A stretch of 64,000 bases of DNA from Chloracidobacterium sp. (GTDB lineage: Bacteria > Acidobacteriota > Blastocatellia > Pyrinomonadales > Pyrinomonadaceae), in NCBI GenBank assembly GCA_025362075.1, contig JANYIL010000258.1, positions 547 through 64,546 on the forward strand. The letters are read 5' to 3'. The position numbers and the translations under genes were made by a program. Position 1 is the first letter of the stretch; every line of letters starts with the position of its first letter. Positions 36,867-45,460 of the stretch are shown here, in pieces. The notes below the pieces were generated by a model. The model made no database searches. It was given only the letters and a program-made list of their open reading frames with translations, and was not told where the DNA came from.

Positions 36867-36918
36867 GTTTTTAAAGTTAAAGTCGTCGAAAATTCATTAT
36901 TTTGTGAATGTTTCCTTC

Positions 36919-37617
36919 TCACCTGATAAGACTGCCGACCGGACCTATCAGCGGCACCAGAGCAGCAATCCGCACGAACCTCTCAATTTTGCTGAGCGTG
37001 TTTCTCGGAACGAAAACTATGTCACCGGAGCGAAGCGTCATGTCATTTTCCAGATCGGTCGTTTTCTTTATGCTTTTAAGGTTTAAGGTCCGAACCTCTG
37101 CGAATTCGTCGTTCAGCCGGCGAAAAATGACGATCTGATTACTTTTTGCCGTCTCCTTAAATCCGCCGGATATCATGATGGCCTGTAGGGCGGTGACATT
37201 CTCACGCAACTCGAACCGGCCTGCGTTTGCCACCTCGCCGGAAACAACGATGTATGGTTTTTGGAATTCGCGAAGAAAAAGGTTTACCTCGGGCTCTTTC
37301 AGGCGTACGCTCGCCTTTTCTACGATCTTCCGCAGCGCATCCTGTAGCGTTAGTCCACCCAGCTTTAAGTCCCCGACGATCTGAAGTCCGACGTATCCAT
37401 CGGGCTGTATCGTCACGGTCTGGTTAAATTCGGGCGTGTATCTGTATATAACTTCGACAACGTCACCCGGAACCAGCCGATAGCGATCCTCGGTATGCGG
37501 CTTGAGAACAGGCTTGTCCTCCGTGGGCCGCATTACGCGGGTAGTGTCCTGCGCCGAAGCCGCGCAGACGATAATCAGAAATACGACGATCGCAGTAATA
37601 AATCGCATGTTTTTCAC
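36919..37617 (-). CDS. Polysaccharide export protein (Wza/Poly_export + SLBB)
   Basis: Signal peptide. YRLVPGDVVEVIY...IQPDGYVGLQIVGDLKLGGLTLQD and a second SLBB-like block. Confidence 0.85.
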   Translation of the reverse strand: MKNMRFITAIVVFLIIVCAASAQDTTRVMRPTEDKPVLKPHTEDRYRLVPGDVVEVIYRYTPEFNQTVTIQPDGYVGLQIVGDLKLGGLTLQDALRKIVEKASVRLKEPEVNLFLREFQKPYIVVSGEVANAGRFELRENVTALQAIMISGGFKETAKSNQIVIFRRLNDEFAEVRTLNLKSIKKTTDLENDMTLRSGDIVFVPRNTLSKIERFVRIAALVPLIGPVGSLIR

Positions 37618-38226
37618 CTATATTCGTCGGTATATCCAATTCGGTATTGGATAGCGGCGCTTATTGAGCACGCAGCCGAGGACGTTCGCATCGGTCATTT
37701 CAATCGTGTTCAACGCATTGCGAACCTGCTCCTTCCTAGTATTTTCCGCCGAAACGACGAGCACTACTCCGTCGACGGCCGACGCAAAGTAGACCGCATC
37801 GCCCGATTCTTTTATCGAGGGGCAGTCCACGAGAATGTAGTCGTACATGAACCTTAGTGTTTGGAGATTGCTGATGCCCTGGTCCAACTCGCTGCCCGCC
37901 GTGACCCGAGCAAGGGTCTGGCTCTCTGACGCCTCGTCTATCAACTCATCAGCGTCTCGCCTCAGAACATGGAGGTTCGGAATGTCTGTTTTGCAGCAAA
38001 AGCGCGGCAGATCCTGATAGTTAAAGATGTCGATCTTTTGCAGCGTATCAACATCGGTAATGATCGTCCTCTTTTTTGTCCGGCCGGCAAGCTCGGTGGC
38101 AAAGGACTCAGTGACGTAACTCACACCTTCGCCCGGAACCGCCGATGTAAAAGCGATCACCTGAGAATCGACCGTTTTATGACCCGGTTTTATACTGCGT
38201 AAAAATAACTGAATGTAAGAGTTCAT
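37618..38226 (-). CDS. BY-kinase/CpsD-like P-loop protein with degenerate Walker A
   Basis: IAFTSAVPGEGVSYV occupies the position of ..GEGK(S/T).. (Val codon 38122-38124). The Walker A'-like motif is TIITDVD and the Walker B-like motif is YILVDCPS. The C-terminal tail has two Tyr residues. Confidence 0.65.
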   Translation of the reverse strand: MNSYIQLFLRSIKPGHKTVDSQVIAFTSAVPGEGVSYVTESFATELAGRTKKRTIITDVDTLQKIDIFNYQDLPRFCCKTDIPNLHVLRRDADELIDEASESQTLARVTAGSELDQGISNLQTLRFMYDYILVDCPSIKESGDAVYFASAVDGVVLVVSAENTRKEQVRNALNTIEMTDANVLGCVLNKRRYPIPNWIYRRI

Positions 38227-38241
38227 AAAACTACAATCCCA

Positions 38242-40032
38242 TCAAGACAAAACTTTCCAACGGATCTTGTGCTGCGGTTTGACTCCATGAATGAAGCGGT
38301 GATCCGTGATCTTTTTAGCGCGGACACTCTGCCGCGGTCTGTCCTCTTCAACGACCTCCAACATCACTTCCGGGCGGACACTCTCTTGCGATATGACCTC
38401 TTCGAAAAAGGCGGTGTCCCTCGCAACTTCCGGGCTGACACTCTGCGGCGGTTTGACGTCCTCGACGAAGCGCGTGTTCGTCACCGCTTTCGCACTGTCA
38501 GCAGCGATATCGTCGATCGGTTCGGATACCGAATAGGCCCTCCGCCTTGCCAGCGTTTTGTTTAGCGGCATGGTTGCAAGAACCGGATAACCTGAAAATG
38601 CCTGGAGCTCGCGAGGCGTGAGAAATGTCTCGCGGAGAAGCTCCAGAATAAATGCCGATCCGAACGCCAGCATCAGTCCCGATATCAGGCCAATGACGAG
38701 CACCAGTATCTGGTTGTTGTGATTCGGGTTCTGAGCAACAATAGGAGCCTCGGCGATTGAAATATTCGTGATCTTCTTTTGGTCCAGTGCATCCTCGATC
38801 TGGGACTCTTCCTGCTTGCGCGAATAGAGTTGGTAGGTCGCCTCGGTTTGTTTCACATGTCTTGAAAGCTCATTGTGGAGAGCGGTTGAGCCGGCAAGTT
38901 CGGCGATCCTTGCCTGATATTGCCCGACCTGCTCCTGGAGGTTCTTTCGTAAGGCCAAATTGCCGGCCTGATCTACCCTGACATTTGCAAGCTCAGTTTC
39001 GAGCGGCTGTCGTAAAGGATTTATGTCCGATGCCTGCTCGATGGCGGTCGATCCCGTCGCTTTTTGCAGCGCGCCGGTCGTTTCATTGATCTGATCGTCA
39101 ACTTCGCGGACCGCGCGGTCTTCCGGCCGAAACTTCGCCAGCATTTGGATCCGGCGGTTCTTTAACTCAACCAGCATCGTATTCAGCCGTTCAACAGAGT
39201 ATTGGTTTGGCAGCACCTTGCTTTGCGTAACCACCCGGCGATCCATGCCGGCAAGTTGGCCTTCGAGGGCGGTAATTCGCTTGTCGTCCTGGGCTATCTT
39301 TCCGTTCAGATCTTTGAGCTTTCCGCTAACATCGGTAAGCCTTGCGAGGATCAATTCTTTTTGGCGGTCAATATCGACGGCATCCTTTTGCTGTTCGAAA
39401 TTAGAGATCTTGTTCTCGGCCGTTTTCAGGTCTCCCTGATATTGGTTCGCCTGATTTTTGAAGAAATCGGAGGTGCCCGGCGGCCGGTGCATTTTCAGGT
39501 GCTTATCCAGATAGAGTTCTCCGAGCTTGTTCAGAACCAGCGCGGCGGTTTGCGGCGATGTCGAGCTGTAACTCACCTCGATAAAGTTGGCCTTTTTCAA
39601 GGGAGCGAGTATCAGGTCCTTTTCCAGCTTGTAAACAGCCGACTCAATGTCCGAGTCGGTCACGCCCTTCGACGGGTCTTTAGCTCGTGCCAGACTTGTA
39701 CTCTTTACGACATCCATAAGCAAGTCCCGGCTCTTGATCAACTCCGTCTCTGACGAGATAACCGACTCAGAAACTTCACCACCATCGGCGACCACCTGCT
39801 CATCTTTACCTGTCGTGACGGGAGTCTCGACGCGTACGTTCTTGATATAGAACTTCATCCGTGATTCGTACTTTTCAGGCGTTAGCCACGCGAATACACC
39901 GGTAGCTGTCACACTTGTAAGAAGCGTTAGAATGATCAACCACTTGCGGTTGAATAGCCCCGCGACTATGTCGCGCAGTCCCAGGCTTGAGGATGCAGGT
40001 TGCCCTGTTTGGGCGTCGTTGACGGTACTCAT
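38242..40032 (-). CDS. GumC/Wzz-family polysaccharide chain-length determinant with repeat-containing C-terminal tail
   Basis: N-terminal TM helix plus Wzz motif (KYESRMKFYIKN), a long coiled-coil periplasmic region and a second TM helix. The tail carries 18-20-aa degenerate repeats. Confidence 0.8.
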   Translation of the reverse strand: MSTVNDAQTGQPASSSLGLRDIVAGLFNRKWLIILTLLTSVTATGVFAWLTPEKYESRMKFYIKNVRVETPVTTGKDEQVVADGGEVSESVISSETELIKSRDLLMDVVKSTSLARAKDPSKGVTDSDIESAVYKLEKDLILAPLKKANFIEVSYSSTSPQTAALVLNKLGELYLDKHLKMHRPPGTSDFFKNQANQYQGDLKTAENKISNFEQQKDAVDIDRQKELILARLTDVSGKLKDLNGKIAQDDKRITALEGQLAGMDRRVVTQSKVLPNQYSVERLNTMLVELKNRRIQMLAKFRPEDRAVREVDDQINETTGALQKATGSTAIEQASDINPLRQPLETELANVRVDQAGNLALRKNLQEQVGQYQARIAELAGSTALHNELSRHVKQTEATYQLYSRKQEESQIEDALDQKKITNISIAEAPIVAQNPNHNNQILVLVIGLISGLMLAFGSAFILELLRETFLTPRELQAFSGYPVLATMPLNKTLARRRAYSVSEPIDDIAADSAKAVTNTRFVEDVKPPQSVSPEVARDTAFFEEVISQESVRPEVMLEVVEEDRPRQSVRAKKITDHRFIHGVKPQHKIRWKVLS

Positions 40033-40098
40033 CGAATTTATTCCTAACCCCTAAAAGAGTTAATAAGTGGGCTTTTCCAAGATTTCCGCGCGCGGGCA

Positions 40099-41238
40099 TC
40101 ACATCTCAGCGGCGGCCGCGCCGCTCGGTGCGCGCAGCGGAGAGGTGGATCTCTGAGCAATCTCTCCAGCCGCCGATACTGAGAGAACTGACTCAACGAA
40201 CCCGCGCATCGACGCGGCAAACACCTCTCTGGCAAAACTCGCGGCGTGTTTTTGTATAACCTCACATTCCCATGACCGCCTTTCGAAGTCCTCGATGGCC
40301 GACATTAGCGACTCCGGTTCCTGTTCGTCAAAAAACACACCGGTCTTATTTTCGATCACCGTTTCAGTTGCTCCGCCGGCACGGTACGCAATGACCGGCC
40401 GACCGGCCGCATTGATCTCGAGTGGCGTCATGCCAAAATCCTCTTCCCCAGGAAAAATGAGGGCTTTACAGCGGCTCGCGTATTCGGAAACCACCTCGTC
40501 ATCGGCGCGGCCAAGGAATTCCGTCCCTGGCCCCGCAATTCTTTCCAATTGTTGACGCGCCGGGCCATCGCCGATCACAACTAAGCGGCGGCCGAGTCTT
40601 TTGCACGCCTCAACCGCTAAATCAAGACGCTTATATGGAGCAAGCCGCGACAAGATCAGATAGAAATCCCCGTCAGTCGCCGCTCGTCGAAACCTTGTTG
40701 TGTCGATTGGCGGCGGAATCACCACGGAATCGCGGCCGTAAAACTGCCTTATCCGATCTGCCACGACCTGAGAATTCGCAACGTAATAGTCGGGCCTTCG
40801 CGACGCCGCGAGGTCCCATCGCTTTAGTAAAGCCAGGAGAGGAGGCAATATATGTCTGGTAATACCGCCAAAATTTTCCCTTTCGGCATAGGCCTCATAC
40901 CTCCAAACCCAGCGCATCGGTGTATGACAGTAGCAGATGTGGATGGCGTCCTTTCGCGTGCGAACCCCCTTTGCATAACCTGAGCTGCTACTAATGATGA
41001 GATCGTATTCGGTCAGATCCAACGCCTCGACAGCTAGTGGAAACAGGAGAAAGAAAAGGCGGTGGTTTTTTTCAGTTATCGGCAGATGACGCAGCCATGA
41101 CGTTACTATTCCGGGCCGCTCGTGAATATCGACCGTCGTTACAAGGGTTGACGAAGGAAAAATGGCGTGAAGCTCCTCTGCCACCTTCTCAGCCCCGCCT
41201 TGCTGAATGAAATAATCGTGAACTATTGCTATCTTCAT
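40099..41238 (-). CDS. GT4-family glycosyltransferase
   Basis: The Glycos_transf_1 region reads ...LILSRLAPYKRLDLAVEA...FPGEEDFGMTPLEINAAGRPVIAYRAGGATETV. Confidence 0.85.
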   Translation of the reverse strand: MKIAIVHDYFIQQGGAEKVAEELHAIFPSSTLVTTVDIHERPGIVTSWLRHLPITEKNHRLFFLLFPLAVEALDLTEYDLIISSSSGYAKGVRTRKDAIHICYCHTPMRWVWRYEAYAERENFGGITRHILPPLLALLKRWDLAASRRPDYYVANSQVVADRIRQFYGRDSVVIPPPIDTTRFRRAATDGDFYLILSRLAPYKRLDLAVEACKRLGRRLVVIGDGPARQQLERIAGPGTEFLGRADDEVVSEYASRCKALIFPGEEDFGMTPLEINAAGRPVIAYRAGGATETVIENKTGVFFDEQEPESLMSAIEDFERRSWECEVIQKHAASFAREVFAASMRGFVESVLSVSAAGEIAQRSTSPLRAPSGAAAAEM

Positions 41239-42440
41239 CTGTTTTCGTAAGCACCTGCATCCAGCCGGGGCCGAACCCCAAGCGGTGTACGGATTGCATC
41301 CGCCGCGAAAAGGACGCCGTGAAATTCGTTGGTAAACCGTTCGGCGTTAAGGTGTTTCTCTACCTTTTCTCTTCCACGGTCCGCGAAAAGCTGGCGGCGA
41401 CGCCCGTCCGCATAAATCGTTGTCATTGCGTAGATCAAGTGTTTTTCGTCGCCAAAATCAACCAAGAGGCCGCTATATTGGTGCTCGATCATTTCCCGCA
41501 TGCCGCCGACGTCCGTCGCAATCACGGGCGTGCCACACGCCATCGCCTCGATCGCAACCATGACGAACGCCTCGCTGCTGGAATTGATTACCAGGGCGTC
41601 TAATTCCTTCATGATTGCGATGGCGTCGCTTCGCTGCCCGAGAAACAGCACTCTGTCTTCAATTCCAAGTGCCCGCGCCGTTTCGACGAGTTTCTCCTGA
41701 TACAGGTGATCGTCATTGAAAATCGGGGCGCCCACGATCAAAAGCTTTGCCGCGGGCATCCGCTCCACACTACTGGCAAACGCCCTTATTAGCTCAAGCT
41801 GCCCTTTGCGCGGAGTGATCTGGCCGACGATGCCGAAAAGAAAGTCGTCGTCCCCAAATCCAAACTGATCTTTTAGTTTCCGGGGGCTGCTCACCGCATC
41901 TATCTTGTTTAGATCGACCGCGTTGTGAACGACGGTAATATTCGCTGTTTTCCAAAATCGGCCGGCGAAACTGGCAGCAGTAGCCTTTGACACGGCAACG
42001 ACGCGGCACCTTTTCGAACGGCGGACCAAAACGCGGATCGCCGTGCTTAACGGATGTGTTTTTAGCTCATCATGTACATGCCAGATGACGGGCCGTTTCG
42101 TGCCGTGGGTGGCAAACAAAGCCGCGATACCGGCTCTGATACTGTTTGCGTGGATAACGTCAGGATCCGATTCCGCAATCTTCGAACGGAGATCCAGAAC
42201 CGTACCGATTAGCGAAGCGGTATACCTAATGAGCTTGTCCGGCCGAATTGTAAAGCGGGCGTTGAGCTCACCGATCTCGAGGCAAGGGACGCCAATATCT
42301 GCGGCCTCGCGGGCGAGATCTCCGCCAGGGGCCACCAGTGTTGGCTGGATCAAATCTTTGTCGAGACTCGTCAAAGCGAGCAGGAGTACCCGCTCAGCCC
42401 CGCTTACACGGCCTGTATGATTGTAAAAAAGTACTTTCAT
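41235..42440 (-). CDS. GT4-family glycosyltransferase
   Basis: ...GQITPRKGQLELIRAF...SSSEAFVMVAIEAMACGTPVIATDVGGMREMI. It overlaps the downstream GT4 gene by 4 nt. Confidence 0.85.
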   Translation of the reverse strand: MKVLFYNHTGRVSGAERVLLLALTSLDKDLIQPTLVAPGGDLAREAADIGVPCLEIGELNARFTIRPDKLIRYTASLIGTVLDLRSKIAESDPDVIHANSIRAGIAALFATHGTKRPVIWHVHDELKTHPLSTAIRVLVRRSKRCRVVAVSKATAASFAGRFWKTANITVVHNAVDLNKIDAVSSPRKLKDQFGFGDDDFLFGIVGQITPRKGQLELIRAFASSVERMPAAKLLIVGAPIFNDDHLYQEKLVETARALGIEDRVLFLGQRSDAIAIMKELDALVINSSSEAFVMVAIEAMACGTPVIATDVGGMREMIEHQYSGLLVDFGDEKHLIYAMTTIYADGRRRQLFADRGREKVEKHLNAERFTNEFHGVLFAADAIRTPLGVRPRLDAGAYENR

Positions 42441-42441
42441 T

Positions 42442-43080
42442 TTATGGGTCTACGATCGCCCAGAGAAACGCCGTTTGAGCTACCGTTTCCGCACGTTTTT
42501 CATTTACGTCCATTGGCACAACGACATAACGTATCCGCGTGCCGTTTGTATTAAAGGCGTTTTCGTACGCCAGGTAATGCTTACCGCTTTCGAGATCGGC
42601 CAGTCGTGAGTGCAGTGACGAGTCAAGATAAACCATCACTATCGTCCCGCTTCCCATCGCCGGTCGAGGCTCTGTAGTTGCAAGAGTCCGGATTTGCTGC
42701 TGGATTACCAGATCCGTTACCGGGCCTCTCGTGCTGCTGAATGCAATTTCGACAAACGTGCCCGCTCTCGCATCGTTCTTGTTCGTTATCGCGTCCATTA
42801 TGTCAGTGCTCAAGCCCACCGGACTTGCAAACAAATTAGCCAGGGAGATCTCGAGCACGCGTAGCTTGTCGCTGCTCCAACCGTCACCGAAGAATATCGA
42901 AAACTGCTGCGGCAGATGTGAAACGCCCTTCACCTTAGAGAAAGGAGGCTGTGTTTCCGCGGATATGATATAGGCGTTTCCCCGGTCCTCATTTACAACG
43001 CGCCGATCCTCGCCAGATCGCTGGGCGTAGATGACCGGCGAAACAACGAGCAGGGCGATAATTAAAAAAACTTTATTCAT
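42442..43080 (-). CDS. Secreted hypothetical protein
   Basis: The start is moved to the signal peptide MNKVFLIIALLVVSPVIYAQ. I recognise no motif. It lies within the EPS operon. Confidence 0.55.
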   Translation of the reverse strand: MNKVFLIIALLVVSPVIYAQRSGEDRRVVNEDRGNAYIISAETQPPFSKVKGVSHLPQQFSIFFGDGWSSDKLRVLEISLANLFASPVGLSTDIMDAITNKNDARAGTFVEIAFSSTRGPVTDLVIQQQIRTLATTEPRPAMGSGTIVMVYLDSSLHSRLADLESGKHYLAYENAFNTNGTRIRYVVVPMDVNEKRAETVAQTAFLWAIVDP

Positions 43081-43094
43081 TGCGTTTCTTCCCG

Positions 43095-45269
43095 TCATGG
43101 GGTGGTTACGTTCAGGGCAAAATCGTCTAACACGAACGATGTTTTTAGACTCGAGTCTTCGACGCCGACGAAATAAATTTGTATGGTCTGGCCTTTGTAC
43201 GCCAACAGATTAAGCGCGACCTGCGAGTAGCCTGGGGCCGAGTCAAGATTTGAATAGGTAGCCATCGTAGCGAGCACCGTCCCCGAAGAGTTCCGAATCT
43301 GAAGCTTTAACGTGTCGTAGCCTGCCGTCGTTGTCGTCTCGGTCGTGTCGATGTGCCGCCAAAACGTCAGCGTGGCTGCCGTAGCTGCCGATGGAATCGA
43401 GACTTGCTGATAAAGAGTGTCCGTATGAACCGAACCGTACCCGTTCAGCCACGCTGTCCAACTACCCGAATGCGCGGCCTCAAACGCGGAGAGGTTGTTT
43501 ATCACGCCGCTGGTAACCACCCAGGGAGCAGGGCTCGCCGAGCCGTTCTCGAAACCAGTGTTGCCCAGCATCTGCGTCGTCGTCGGGCCTCCCCCTGATG
43601 CGGTCACGGTGACGGAAATACTTGCCGTCCGGTTTAGCCCTCCGCCCGATGCGGTGATCGTCACCGGATAAGTGCCCGCCGGAGTCGCCGTTGTCGCGGA
43701 CAGCGTAAGAACAGAAATACCTGACCCGGGGCTGGCGATAACCGCCGGATTGAAAACAGCAGTCGTCCCGGCCGGAACACCCGTCACTGCTAACCAAACC
43801 GCCGAGTTGAATCCGCCCGATACCGTCGAAGTTATGGTTGAGCTTGCCGAGGCGCCGTGCTGCACGCTCAGCGACAAAGGTGATGCGGAAATTGCCAGAT
43901 TCGGGTTTGTCGCTTCCGGAGTCGTGACATTCAGCGAAAAATCGTCTACGAGAAAAGATGTTTTTGCCGAGCTATTCTCTACGCCGATCAGATAAACCTG
44001 AATGGTCTGGCCTCGATAGGCAAACACATCGACCATCAACTGCGAGTAGCCTGCTGCCGCATTCAGGTTTGAGTATGTGGCAAGCGTGGTCAGCACCGTC
44101 CCAGTCGAATTTCGCAGTTGGACCTTTAGCGTATCGTTCGCCTTTGTTTTTGTTGTCTCGGCGGTATCAACATGCAGCCAGAACGACAGCTTTGCGGCAG
44201 CAGCATCCGCCGGGATACTCGCCTGCTGAAGCAGGGTATCCGTATGCGTCGCCCCAAAACCGTTGAGCCAGGCTTTCCATGAACCGGATCGCGGTGCCTG
44301 GAAAGTCGAGTTATCGATCACCCCGGATGTAGCGGTCCAGGGGGCAGGATTGGCGCCGTTTTCAAAGCCCGGGTTTCCCAATAGTTGCTGCGTTCCCCCG
44401 CCGGCCGATGTTATAGTCAACGTGACGTTCGTCGAGCGGGTTTGCGCTCCATCGGTGGCACTGATTAGCACGTTGTACGTGCCAGTCGGGGTACTTGGTC
44501 CAGTAGAAAGAGTTAGCGTCGTTGAGCCTAGTCCCGGCGGCGGAATCGTTTGTGGATCGAATGTAGGCGTAACCCCGGATGGCAGACCCGTAGCCGAGAA
44601 ATTCAAGCTTGAATTGAAGCCATTGGATATCGATGTATTTATAGTGACCGCCGGACTGTCGCCCTGTATAGCCGTAATGGACGAGGCCGATGGTGTGAGC
44701 GAGAATGTCGGACCAAAGGCGATGTCGATGATCGGGTGCAGTTCGATGCCATTGGGGGCGATGCCTTCCTGACCTTCGTTGTAGTCAAAAAAACCGACGC
44801 CGGTGATAACGACCGGCACGGACGCCGTTTTGAAACTCGACGTAGCGGTAAACATAGCGTCAAATTGCGCCCGCGCATGAGCAATTCCCAAACGAAAGCC
44901 GCTGTTTAAGCTAACGCAGCCGGGATCGGGAATTTCACCGATCATCGTCCGGCCCGCCGCGTCCTGAAATACAATATGGTAATCAGCGTCGTACGATTTG
45001 ACGTATTTGATCAGGGTCGCATTTAGTGTCCAGGTAGTTATTTCGGCCGGCTGGATCCGGTTGTTGTCAGGCAGGGTAGTCGGCTTCGGCAGCGATCTGA
45101 GACTGTCGATCGATGTAGAGTTGACGGAATTTAGGTTTACAAGGGCCGCATCTGCATCGATCCCCGTTTTTACATTCCACCTTTCCCCGCTGCATTGGGC
45201 GATCACGGCCGCCGGCAGACAGAGTCCAGCCAGGAAGCACGCCAATATCAATCCACGGACTAATCTCAT
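43095..45269 (-). CDS. Secreted protein: unknown N-terminal domain + two tandem ~265-aa (Ig-like + jelly-roll-like) units
   Basis: Signal peptide ...PAAVIAQC. The N-domain has ERWNVKT...DADYHIVF...IELHPIIDI. Unit 1 (~aa 188-451) and unit 2 (~aa 452-724) align along their full length, for example LLGNPGFENGANPAPW / MLGNTGFENGSASPAPW and VDDFSLNVTTP / LDDFALNVTTP. Confidence 0.7.
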   Translation of the reverse strand: MRLVRGLILACFLAGLCLPAAVIAQCSGERWNVKTGIDADAALVNLNSVNSTSIDSLRSLPKPTTLPDNNRIQPAEITTWTLNATLIKYVKSYDADYHIVFQDAAGRTMIGEIPDPGCVSLNSGFRLGIAHARAQFDAMFTATSSFKTASVPVVITGVGFFDYNEGQEGIAPNGIELHPIIDIAFGPTFSLTPSASSITAIQGDSPAVTINTSISNGFNSSLNFSATGLPSGVTPTFDPQTIPPPGLGSTTLTLSTGPSTPTGTYNVLISATDGAQTRSTNVTLTITSAGGGTQQLLGNPGFENGANPAPWTATSGVIDNSTFQAPRSGSWKAWLNGFGATHTDTLLQQASIPADAAAAKLSFWLHVDTAETTKTKANDTLKVQLRNSTGTVLTTLATYSNLNAAAGYSQLMVDVFAYRGQTIQVYLIGVENSSAKTSFLVDDFSLNVTTPEATNPNLAISASPLSLSVQHGASASSTITSTVSGGFNSAVWLAVTGVPAGTTAVFNPAVIASPGSGISVLTLSATTATPAGTYPVTITASGGGLNRTASISVTVTASGGGPTTTQMLGNTGFENGSASPAPWVVTSGVINNLSAFEAAHSGSWTAWLNGYGSVHTDTLYQQVSIPSAATAATLTFWRHIDTTETTTTAGYDTLKLQIRNSSGTVLATMATYSNLDSAPGYSQVALNLLAYKGQTIQIYFVGVEDSSLKTSFVLDDFALNVTTP

Positions 45270-45460
45270 AAGGTTCGTCTTCTGCTCACACTAAGGTTTC
45301 ACAGTCAAACTTGATCCTAAAGTAGGTACACGTGTCTAAATGTAGAATCGACCCCGGCTTCCAAAAATCTCGCTTTTGGTCAGCTCGGCTGGCGGTGAAA
45401 GTGGAGACGGGCAAAGATTAGACCTTTATCGGAGCAAGGTATATTGTCAGGATATTTTCG

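Noticed and set aside
33859-45269. Looked for an exosortase/PEP-CTERM system associated with the EPS operon.
   Set aside because: No exosortase-like polytopic protein is present, and no protein in the window ends with a PEP-motif + TM + Arg-rich tail. The secreted proteins instead end in the GLE domain.
45270-45460. Attempted -35/-10 promoter assignment in the divergent region between the EPS operon and the NDP-sugar pyrophosphorylase gene (TTGATC ... TAGAAT).
   Set aside because: The spacing between candidate hexamers is wrong (about 26 nt or 14 nt), and the promoter consensus for this lineage is uncertain. A call is not supportable by eye.
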